This document shows positions 1 to 10,789 of a stretch of 64,000 bases of DNA, piece by piece. The translations under genes and the position numbers were made by a program. The stretch is from NCBI GenBank assembly GCA_051362555.1, contig CM120645.1, positions 2,852,001 to 2,916,000 on the forward strand. Direction: 5' to 3'. Each line of letters begins with the position of its first letter. Position 1 is the stretch's first letter. The notes beneath the pieces were generated by a model. That model was given only the letters and a program-made list of their open reading frames with translations, searched no databases and was not told the origin of the DNA. The stretch is from Lingula anatina. Taxonomy: Eukaryota > Animalia > Brachiopoda.

Positions 1-726
1 TCATAAAGAGAACGGGCGCCATCGTTTTGGATTGGTATGCCATTTATATTTGGCATGGAGATATCACCTTTTTACAATTGTGCGAAAGGCTGGCGGCGGC
101 CGAAACATTTCTGTGACATTCTGTATAAAGCAGCACATTAATACCAGGTTTTCTGTAGCGAAAAAAGGGTCGACAAGGGCGTCGAGGTATTTGGTGGGCT
201 GAAGGTCGGACAGGCCACCTGACAGTTTAGCTGCTTCGTGTGAGTTGAAGTTGACAAAATGGCATCGTCTGAAATGACCTTTAATAGATTTGGTAGTATT
301 AAGCACATCTTTGCATCATTTTTTAAACATTGCTGTGAAGTGTTCAAAATGTTTTAATATTCTGAGATTACAAATAAAGACGCACTGTTTGATTGATATT
401 TGTTTTATTGATTGCTATACCAAATGAATGCATGAAATAACCTTAAATAGATTTGGTAATATGAAGTATATCAATTCATGACTTTTTTTACATTTCTACG
501 AAGTATTCACAATGCTTTAATATTTTGAGAGCATGGATAAAGACATATTGTTAGTTTGATACGTGTTTCTGTGGTTAAATTTGTGTTTCCAGCTGTGTAC
601 CGACAGCATTCCTTTACTTAAGCAGTTTTTTTTTTTTTTTTGGACTGTTTTTTTTTTTTTTCGCCCTCTCGCACCGATTTTGGGGTACCCAGAGGATGTC
701 ATCCATAAAAATAAAAAAGTGTGGCC
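1..726. mobile_element. PIF/Harbinger-type MITE, copy A (left end outside window), carrying a ~400-bp internal insertion; lies upstream of the first coding exon of RBR copy A
   Basis: 1-225 and ~626-726 are near-identical to 38710-39045. It ends in the TIR ...GGATGTCATCCATAAAAATAAAAAAGTGTGGCC followed by TAA (727-729). The paralogous site near 10505 (tgta-TAA-acctaaaaaacctctcg) is empty. Confidence 0.85.
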
Positions 727-1008
727 TAAACATAAAAAAACCTCTCGTTGCTCTTTGCATATGCATTGCATGATTTTGAAGCAAATGCTGAATTAGAGCA
801 AGCTTAAATGTAAATCAAAGGATACGAGATTATGCTGCCTATTGCTAGTTTTGCTGTTGGGAAATGTATTTTGCATGTGACATTTTATCTAATTATTATT
901 GAAATTTATGAACATCCTTGCATATCTAGATCTACAGGCACTTAGAATGTAAATATTGTTATCATTGTCTTGTGTTTTTATTCAGATAACAAAGACAAAG
1001 CCTCAAAT

Positions 1009-2701
1009 ATGGTTTGGAAAGGTTGGAAAAGTAACGTCCACTCGGGCAACACCCTGAGAGCCTCAAACTCTCACTACCAACGCTGCTACGCCGCCGAAGC
1101 ATCCCTGTTAAAACACTCCTCCGCCAAGGGCGTTGGAGATGACATCGAAGATGGGGGTCTTCAGACAGGTGGCGTTACCTACTCCCTCAACAAGAAAGGC
1201 CGATGGAAACTCCCAAAGCTTTTGAAACAAAGTATACATGAGGGTGTATGGAAAAATGATGATTGCCAGGTTGCTTTGTTTGAGCACCACAAAATCAAAC
1301 AACATGCTGACTGTATTAGTTATTGCAGCTCGGGAAGAAATGGGAGCTGTATCGAGATCAAACCACAGGGACACACATACTTTGATGCAGCCAGCGTGCT
1401 TGTTAAGTCTGGTTATGGTAAAAGAAGCCAGAAGAAAAGGGAAAAGCGGCTGGCAAAAATGAGGAAAAAGTATGGAGTAGATTATAACGAAGAGAGTACT
1501 GGAGAGGAAGTTGTGGACACTGTGCAGCATGCTGTCAGCTATGAAATATACTACCCTTGTCATAAGACCAGCTCAATCACACATAATAAGAAGTATATTA
1601 GAGACCAAGATGTATCAAGTTATGAGGGTAATTATAAGGCTTTACGATTAATGGGTATTCTTAATTTTTATTATTTTGCCCTTTTAATTTTTTTTCTGGT
1701 AAGCACATTTTGGGTTAAGTTAAAATATGTTTACAAAAATAATGATTTTAGTGAAGGCAAGACCTTGTGTTATATTAATTAAAAAAGCATACAAATACTT
1801 TTAGAAAATAATTTTAACAAGTTTGTTCATACTTGCAGAGTTAATTTTAATCATCATTACTTCTTAATATCCTCATTTTAAGTATGCTGCATTCTGTATT
1901 ATTTTCAGATGCAGAACACAACAACAATGGCAGTTCAAAAATCTCAAAGAAAGGAGCCACAAAGCAAAGAGGGAAGCTGAGATGGAGCAGTCAGGTTACT
2001 GAATATGAGGAGCAGTTTGACAGCTTTTACAGCAGTGAAGATGAAGTGGAACTTGAGGACACCAATAGGGAGGATGAGCACCACTTCACTTTGGACTGGG
2101 ACAGTGTAGAAAGATCTAACACTGTCCTCAGCGACTTAGTTGACAGAGCTGTGGAAGCAAAAGGGAGCTACAACAGTGGATTGTTTCAAGGAGAGGCTCA
2201 AGAAAAATCTACACCCTCTCTTCCTGTCTCTCAAGACACCTCCAAAGACAATAAAGTCTTCTTCCCAGCTGATGAATACTATGAGTTCAGACCAAAGGAG
2301 GAAATTATCGAAAAAGATATAAATAAGGAGAAAAAGGGGGAAAAGCCATCAGCCAAATTGACAAAGCAGTCATCTAAAGGTCATCCCTGTGTCTCCATCC
2401 CTGTCATTATGGACACGACCAACGACGCCATTGCTCCTGAAGTTTTACAATCCACATATGGCGACTATTATAAAGAAGGCAATTGTATTCCAAGGACTTT
2501 CACCATTGACATTTCCAAGTTTGTGCTTGAACAGGTCAGGAAGGACACCATTTTACGTAGTCATGGGTCTCATTTGGACCTCCACAGTTATCTGGTAGTG
2601 CAGGTTTTACCTGAGGGGGGAGCAGGGACACAGGCTACTGTGAAGTAAGTGAACATGTTATGATAAATGAACGTAGAAATTTATTTGAATTTCTATTCTT
2701 T

Positions 2702-2736
<35 letters not shown>

Positions 2737-5700
2737 TTTTAATTTTTGGCTATTTTCAAAAATAAATGCAGGGGAGATTTGATATGTATGTTTTGACATT
2801 TTGAAATTTATTAGATTAATTTTTTAAGTTGATCCATTTAACTTGTTCATGTTTTTGGGATTTTGTTTTTTTAGGGTAAGCTTGAAAGGCAACTTCAAGA
2901 TGGAGACGGTGAAGATTGAAACTCTGAATGACATGGGTATATATGCCTCAGTGGATGCCCTGGTGTCTGCAACTGCTGTTTATATCTGCATGCTGCCTTT
3001 TGAATGGTAAGGGTGGTACAGATATTCTCAATCAGAAGTCTAGTGTTTACGACAATTTTTAATGTCAGTTGTCCTGTAGTAGAGTTGTTGGTCAATGAAG
3101 CTTGTTAACTATTAAAATCTTGCTCCAGAAGTTAAATTTTCTACAAATTACATAGTTTAAGATGTATAAAAGTGCTGATGGGTGTTTGTTCTTAAAGGTA
3201 TCTTTTAATTTATTGAAATGGAACGCAAGAACATTGAGAATCTCATAATATTGGCTACTGATTAATTTTCAGTTTTTACACAACCTCGGCTCCACCTATG
3301 ACAGTTAGTAAGGCATCTCTCAAGTTTGACACTCTGAGTTCAGCTTGCAAATGGGAAACTGCTTCAGGGCTTCCAGCAGAATTATATAGCACTCTCATTG
3401 GAGATTCTACGGCGAACACACAGGTATGCCTCCGTTTATAAATTTATTATTATTATATTGGTACAAATATATGTGGATAACCTGAGATATTATTAAGATG
3501 TATCTGGTAAATCAGAGGTATTATGAATAATTATAATATAATATCTGATTGTTAAGAATGCTTTTTCTTTTTAACAATGTGTTGGTAGAACGAGTCACAT
3601 GATGATAATATAATTCATTTTTATAGTGAAATAAATTTAACAAAAGTAAAAATAAAAAACAATATAATTTTGCATAAACATTTGTTTGTGCATTACTGAA
3701 TTATATCAAAATTTGATATCCTTATTAAAGGTATCATGCAAACCACCAAACTGAATTTACAGCATATTTCTATTCCATAGATGGATGAAACCTGTGAGGA
3801 AGACACCTGTGTTGTCTACAGGCAAAGTGAAGAGTACTGTAATATCTGCTTTGAGTGGACGTCCCAGGGGTATGCAATGGGCGTGGCCATCAGCCCTTGT
3901 TATCATTGGTTCTGTCGTAACTGTTGGCAACAGCACATTGAGAGCAGGGTGCAGCAGGGAGATATGATCCTGTATTGTCCAGTAAGTGGATTTGTGTGTA
4001 ACCATTTGTATGACTTGTGATAATAATGTGTGTATTTATAATTATAAACTATCAATAATAAAGTCAAACTTTATTGTCTTAAAAGTCACCAAATGTATGT
4101 GTTGCCATTTATAAAACTTGTGTTTTAACATAAAATAACACATTATGAAAATAACACCAAATATTTACATATATGCACCTTTAATCTTCAGGAATACCAG
4201 TGCTCCTCCAGACTTGACATTGCAACACTGGTATCTTTGGTAGACGTCAGGACAGTCAGACATCACCTGATGCAGAAACATGAGATGGCTCTGAGCATGG
4301 AGGAGAACCTGAAGTGGTGCCCTAACCGCAAGTGTGGCAGGATGATCATGGCTAAAGGTGACTTAGGCGTCAGTGTTAGAAATTAACGCTGGACCGTCTG
4401 CCGGGGCAGACAACTTTCAGAACAGGCTGAGAAGTTTTTCCACCTGGCAGACATTCGAGCCAGCTAATTTTAAAAATGGCTGACCTTTCAGTCCAGCAAC
4501 TAGTTTTCCTAAGAGGCAAACACATCAAGAACCATGGACTAACTTATCCGTGGATCAAATATGGCCAACCCACTTGAATGCTTGTTATGTAATCCATGCA
4601 GGGAATCTATTTGTTGTCTATCAGTGGATTATACATCAAGCTTTTTATTGTGTCACCATATCTGAGCCATGGACTAGTTAATCCATTGTTCTGAATAGGG
4701 CCTTATAGAGACTTTAAAGATTTATGAAATTTCTGATTTTACAATTGTTGAAGCTTATAGCATGAAGTAAACCCAGCAATAAAGATTTTAATTTGATAAA
4801 TTCACTGTGTTAATAAAGATAATGATGATAAAGAGTTATTTAGATTTAATTTATTTAATACAAGAAGGGGCTAAAATGTGAAAAGTGAAAACTGCAGCAA
4901 TCCTCAGGGCAAAAATAATTACCACCATTAATACAGTATAATAAGAGGTCAAAAAGCATGTAAAGGTGTGGTAAAATTCAGTTGTTTTCTGTTACCAGGT
5001 CACGCAGCCGAGGAATCCGTGTCTGTATCCTGTAAGTGTGGCGCTGCTGTCTGTTTCAAGTGTATGAAAGCGCCTCATTGGCCAGCTAGGTGCGACCTAG
5101 CTAACAATTACAAACGCAAGCTGAGAGTTAGAAGTAAGTTTGATGAAATAGGTTTTCATTGTTTTTTATGTACTGTTAAAAAAGTCAATTGTACCTCAAA
5201 GTTCAAAAAGATGATGTCCCTTTTAAAACAATTTCTTTTTTATTATGATATAATTCTCAAAAAAAAATATTTTATAGCTTGTTTTTCAGAACTTTCAGTA
5301 ATTTTCATCTTTAAATTGTTTTTGATGCTGAAGTAAATCAATTTTTGCTCAATGCCATTTAATATGAGGATTTTATATGCATATTTTTTGTTTTCTTTAC
5401 AGACTAAAGGAATTGAATATTTTAAAAAATGCAAATAAAATGTGCTTTTTCTTTGACTTGATTGTAAGTATCTTTAAATATACAATATTTTAACTGGATA
5501 CATATTGTTTTTAGAAGACAATTCCGCTTCTGGACCTGAAGATGCTGTGGTCTTTGTGAGACGTTGCCCTCACTGTCGACTTCCTATAGAGAAGAACGGA
5601 GGATGTTCACGTATGATTTGTCGCTGTGGAAAAGACTTCTGCTGGCAATGTCTGGCCAAAAAATGCATCTGTAGCCAAGGCAATACTGCTGCCACAAATG

Positions 5701-7270
5701 AAGTATGTGAAAAATTTCATTTTAAAGAGCAATCAGGGTGAGACATCTTACCACATGCAACTCTGAGGCGATTCTAGCTCAAGTGCATTCAATGAAATAT
5801 GCTAAATTGTCTGACAAGCCCCCACTACCAGCTAAGGTGTAATTAAGCTGAGCACAAACAAACATGGCCAATGTATACATGAAGTACATTTAAAGTGGAC
5901 GTTGGAAGAGGGACAAACGTATAAAATGGAGAGATAGAGAGAAATTGGTTACAAATGTACCCTGCTATAAAATCAACTGCAACCAGCCCTGTAATGATGT
6001 TTACAATTAAATTTATTTACTTTAATGGAAATTAATTGTAAACTTTAATTGCTTTTTTAGGCAATTACTCTGAGGTACATTGCGTCCCCCGTTCAGTTTG
6101 TCAGCAACCTCAGTAAAGAAATGCTGTATAGGTCTTCAGTGGAACACAGGCGAGCAGCCCGGGAATATCATGGATCAGGCATTGATAAGAAAATCAAGAC
6201 AATGCTGTACAGAGGGAAGGTAAGCAAATTTTAATTAAAAGCAAAACTGCAACTGTTGAAAGGAATTTTTTTTTAATTTTCCTTTCAGCAGTTGCAATTT
6301 TGCTTAAAACTCATCTGCCTTATTAAAATGAACTTTGAGTTTCTTTACTGAAAATCAGATATTACAAATGTGAAAGTGCCAGTTCTGTTTCGCTGATTTT
6401 ATTTATTTATTTAATCATTTATTTATTTTATGTATTACAGCATGGGGAATTAGACTTTCCCATAATTGCAAAGCAAGTCCAGAAACGAGTGGAAAAACTT
6501 GAACAGATGCAGAAATTTTTAGAGTCAGCAGCTGATTTCAATGCTGAGGTAAATACATTTAAAAAAAGGACCTTTTACCACGAACCTTTGTGTACCTAGA
6601 TCAAATTTCACCTAAAACATGACTTAATAATTAAGTGTTTCACCATCATAACACAGGAGATAGTGAAAAAGACTCCCATATAATTTTGATTGTCTTATAA
6701 TTGCTGTATTTTATATTGCAGCTTCACCACTTGGCAGAGCACACTGCCCTCCATCTGCAGGATGACCAAGTAGCGGCAGGAGTTGAGCCCATCTTTAAGC
6801 GCATTGATTTCGTCTCCTGGAGCATAAATGAGGTGAGTTGTTTTGCTCCTGAAGCTAAGTTCACAAATGAACTACCTAACTTTGGTCAGATAAAGTCCTG
6901 ATGGTGTCATTAGATAACCACCTTGCTTGACTTTTTTTCAAGAATCATATTTTGATCGTAGTTTCTATAAAAGAATCCAAAATTAATATTACATACATGC
7001 TCTTTTAATTCACATTCTTTAACAATAAATGTACATTTTCTTCTAAAAGATGGGATAAATAATCTTACTGTAAATTGCTTTCTCTGGGTGCAATCAAACA
7101 TTCCCAAATGAAATCAATTTCAATATAATTCACTCTTTTAGATTTTCAATGATGAAAGATTCTCAAACATGGACACAATCATGAAAAAACTGAGCAAGCT
7201 GATGTCCATTGGAAAGACCTGTGTACAATCCTTGGCTTCTGTGCTGCGACAAAGTGGGAAACAGATGTAA
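1009..7270 (+). CDS. RBR E3 ubiquitin ligase, Ariadne-like, copy A (944 aa; RING2 catalytic His replaced by Arg)
   Basis: Exons 1009-1627, 1909-2644, 2875-3006, 3273-3423, 3781-3981, 4192-4357, 4999-5133, 5515-5702, 6061-6219, 6441-6548, 6722-6832, 7142-7270. All introns are GT-AG and phase-consistent; 2835 nt in total. RING1 [19 protein letters not shown]; IBR WCPNRKC..CKC..VCFKC..HWPARC; RING2 [26 protein letters not shown]; helical C-terminus. The start ATG is assumed to be the first in-frame ATG after the acceptor at 985. Confidence 0.88.
2701..2740. repeat. (TTTA)n microsatellite, RBR copy A intron 2
   Basis: About 10 direct units; absent from the copy B intron. Confidence 0.9.
4371..4722. 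mobile_element. Copy-A-specific intronic segment, probably DNA-transposon remnants
   Basis: About 350 bp absent from copy B intron 6. It starts with a TIR-like CAGTGTTAGAAATTAAC and contains ...TTCTGAATAGGGCC-TTA, a Harbinger-like end. No clean TIR pair was found. Confidence 0.45.
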
Positions 7271-7370
7271 AGTGTTGAAGGGAAAACAGTTTTACTTTGA
7301 AGTTGAACATCTATTTCACCATCTTTCATAATGATTGACGTAGGTTATTGTGTAGCTTTTGACTACCATA

Positions 7371-7541
7371 CAGGCAATTCCAGACTGGTCCTGGTTTCAC
7401 ACAAAAAATTTAAGTCAGGTTTTCTGACTAAGAACTGAATTACCAAGGTTACATGGTCACATGGGCACATCTTGCCCTATCAGGAAAAGTGTAACACCAC
7501 CCTAATAGAATTCCTAGTTAACTAAGCCAGGGAACTGCCTG
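7371..7541. mobile_element. Short MITE with TA flanks (Tc1/mariner-type) downstream of the RBR copy A stop codon
   Basis: TA-CAGGCAATTCC ... GGAACTGCCTG-TA imperfect TIR. Copy B has only tacaaacaattccaaactgta at ~19136-19156. Confidence 0.55.
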
Positions 7542-8812
7542 TATTATTTGGGGACAGGAAATCCAGAGACTTGTTGAACTATCAAGTGAAACCTCATCAT
7601 TGATATTTGTATGACTAATTTCAAGTAGATCAATCATGCAAAGGGAATATATTGTCATTGAATATTTTGTATCATGAAAACCCAATGTAACTGCAATTTA
7701 TCACAGATACAAATGCAGCTTTTTGTTCGACAAATGCAGAGATGCAGAACTAAAACTAAAATTCAGGTTTACCTTTTGTAACCTTAGGAGTGTTGTTATT
7801 TTACATATATGTATAAATTGATTTTTAAGGTCCCTTTTAATATTTTTGTGTATATGGAATTGAAATCAATATTAAATTAGATAATTAAAGAATAGGTGAA
7901 CATAAAACAAAATTGTTGTTCAAATGCTTGCAACATTACAATCATTGACTGTATTTTACATTTTTTGATGTAATAAATTTATTTACATCTACATCTTGGA
8001 ATCTGCATTTGCCGCGGAGTCCGAAGATCCCAGGTTCCATTCCAAGCCCGTTTGGGAAACCAACAATAAAATTACCTTCTACAAAATCAAAGAAAATTAA
8101 TCATTTCATCTATTATGAAAGGATCTTTCAAACATCAAGAATGTAAGATAACTGAGTAGCTCAGTAGATAAGACTTCTAATGAACGGATTGTTGTCGAAA
8201 TGGCATCAGACAGTTTTATTCTGGTTATTCAAGAAAACATGCAGCTGGCATTTTCTTTTCTCAATACGTGAGACCCCTCAAAGAAAATTGATTGTTGGCT
8301 CATTCTCCTTCCCCGATAAAGATGGAAAAAGACCAGATTGTGTGCACAAATAGATTTTCTGTTTGTTTATTTGCTAATCGGGGTTTGATCAGTGATGTTT
8401 TCCCATTATGCAAAAGAAAAAATGTCCACATAATCTTGATAAGAGTTGATGGCCAAGTTTATTCAAGTCTGACGTGGACCGTTTTAAAATTGATTCCAAA
8501 AGAATTCGATCGCAATCAACCCAATGTATGCGCAGCTTGCCGACCAAACAACAAATGCACTGGATTCTCTGAAATACATTATTAGCCATCTCAATTTTGC
8601 TGCAGAATTTTCTTGAGTTCTTTTTTTTTTTTCGATCGGATGTTACTCAAATGAAGATTGTGTGACAGCACGCAGGGCCCTTTAAATCGTCTCATGTCGA
8701 TAGCTATGAAATTGCACTTTAAGTCTAATAATGAAAAAGCTCTTTAGATTCAGTCAGATAGCACTCATTGACACGACAGTGGCTATATCTTAAGATAACC
8801 TCCCGTTTTTTG

Positions 8813-8819
8813 TATAAAA
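8813..8819 (+). promoter_or_regulatory. TATA box of Cys-rich peptide gene copy A
   Basis: TATAAAA 68 nt upstream of the ATG, conserved in copy B. Confidence 0.6.
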
Positions 8820-8880
8820 AGAAGCCTGTCAAACATAACTGCAAAGGCTTTTGACCAATTTGCCGACTTGATGCAGCACC

Positions 8881-9408
8881 ATGAAAACCAAGTTTGGCGT
8901 CGCTCTTCTGTTTGGTGAGTGAAGGCTAAGTTGTGGCAAAAGCAACATATTTATGTTCACAAAAAAGTTTGTAAATATTTTATACATTAAAAAAATTTCA
9001 TACGTTAAAAAATCATATTCCTATTGCCTTTAGTCAACATACAAGGCAATTGTTGGATTTTTACCAATGTAAAAGTCATTTTTCACCAATGCTGACATTT
9101 TTAACAAGTTCGATCTGCCAGAGTAAAAAATTATGTCTCATACACGTGGACATTGTTCAACCCTTTCCAACCAGAAAACAACACCATCATAATTTTACTG
9201 TTCACTTTTGTCCTTTTTAGTTTTCCTCATGATCAGCACTACTTCTGCGCAAAACATTACCATACCAGGTGGGTGCGGCTTTTTTGGGGGAGCTTTCCGT
9301 TGTCGCCTCCAATGTTGGTTCAGAGGGAGATTTGGTTCCTGCTGTACATATCGAGTTAGCTGTACATATCAAGTCAGTATATGGAATGAATGGCACATGT
9401 ACAACTAA
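8881..9408 (+). pseudogene. Truncated/chimeric defensin-like peptide gene, copy A (73-aa open frame; may be a pseudogene or an expressed chimera)
   Basis: Exon 1 is 8881-8914 and exon 2 is 9221-9408. Translation: MKTKFGVALLFVFLMISTTSA-QNITIPGGCGFFGGAFRCRLQCWFRGRFGSCC, then unrelated TYRVSCTYQVSIWNEWHMYN* past the duplication junction. It lacks the CYC motif and exon 3. Confidence 0.7.
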
Positions 9409-10789
9409 TGAGAAATGGACAACAATTAATTGTGGACACCATATTCCTCTCACACAACACCAACAATTACACTGATCATTTTTGTGGCCGGTTATATAAA
9501 TTTTGCTGAAAACTGGTTCAAGTTTTACAAACCAAAACTGGACCCCTTCAAGTTCAAGATAAAAGCATATTGGTCCAGTTTTATCATTGGCTATTGGTCT
9601 TTAATGCATTCGTCTATTTTTATTTTATTTATTTATTTTTTTCACTGTCGTAAATGTTATAAACCAGATACTGGATTCAATATGATGAAACTGTCAAAAT
9701 AAAACTCAACTTTGGTCTGTAAGTCTAACCTTATTATCAGGCTTAAGTTCCATGCCCAGCAGCAAACATTACAGATATGATCATAATTTATATGGCAACG
9801 CCGGCTAAGTTACACATTGCCTGTGGCAGTAGCGGTCAGTGTGCACAACGTAAACAGCTTGACCTCACCCTTGTAAAAGACGGTTAACAGTTTCCACGTA
9901 CAAAAATAGCAATACAGGATGAATTAACAACATATTTACCTAGTGTTCTAAGTCTGTTTTCTTTTTTAAACCATGTCGTTGTATATTGTTGCCCTAAAGT
10001 AGTTCCTTTCCCTCAGGTGACAGCTTCAATTTTATGCAAAGCTAGTCCCTTTTTACTATAAAAGAGTTTCACATACTGCAAGAAATCATTTCAAGGTGTA
10101 TATTTTTATAAATACTTTAATATTATAAAAAAAATTAATAAAAGTTATTATTTTATGTGAAATTTTATTTGATTTGTGATTTTATTTGTTTTATTGGAAA
10201 ATATTTTTTATAAAACTAATACAAGTATCACACTTAACGCTGCTTAACTGCCCCAATAAAACAAGTTAAAAATAGAACGTACAGGTAGGTCTTGCACAAG
10301 CAGTAGAAAGTTGGATCATCGAACGGTATAAATATGAAGTTGGAACATACATATGTCAGTATTCCAAAACAGAAAACAAGAAGAAGAAACGAAGAAAAGG
10401 GGAGAATATTTATACAGGTACTGTTGTTGGCGTGACATATAATTTTAAGGTAGAAATATTATAATATATTTTGCTAAATTGTAAATACAGTATACGGAAG
10501 TGTATAAACCTAAAAAACCTCTCGTTGCTCTTTGCATTTGCATTGCATGATTTTGAAGCAAATGCTGAATTAGAGCAAGCTTAAATGTTAATCAAAGGAT
10601 ACGAGAGAAATATATATTGATTTTGCTAGTTTTGCTGTTGGGAAATGTATTTTGCATGTGACATTTTCTCTAATTATTATTGAAATTTATTAACATCCTT
10701 GCATATCTAGATCTACAGGCACTTAGAATGTAAATATTGTTATCATTGTCTTGTGTTTTTATTCAGATAGCAAAGACAAAGCCTCAAAT

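Noticed and set aside
64-796. Short ORFs here and at 38159-39025
   Set aside because: They are translations of a non-coding MITE with homopolymer runs and show no transposase motifs.
1108-1563. Antisense and alternative-frame ORFs over RBR and plexin exons (also 11111-11311, 48235-48794)
   Set aside because: They are shadows of real coding exons, have no motifs, and their lengths are not conserved between paralogs.
10327-10417. Possible TATA (TATAAAT) and 5'-UTR exon ending CAG|GTACTG for RBR copy B
   Set aside because: Plausible, but the donor is weak and the paralogous region is outside the window, so it cannot be supported.
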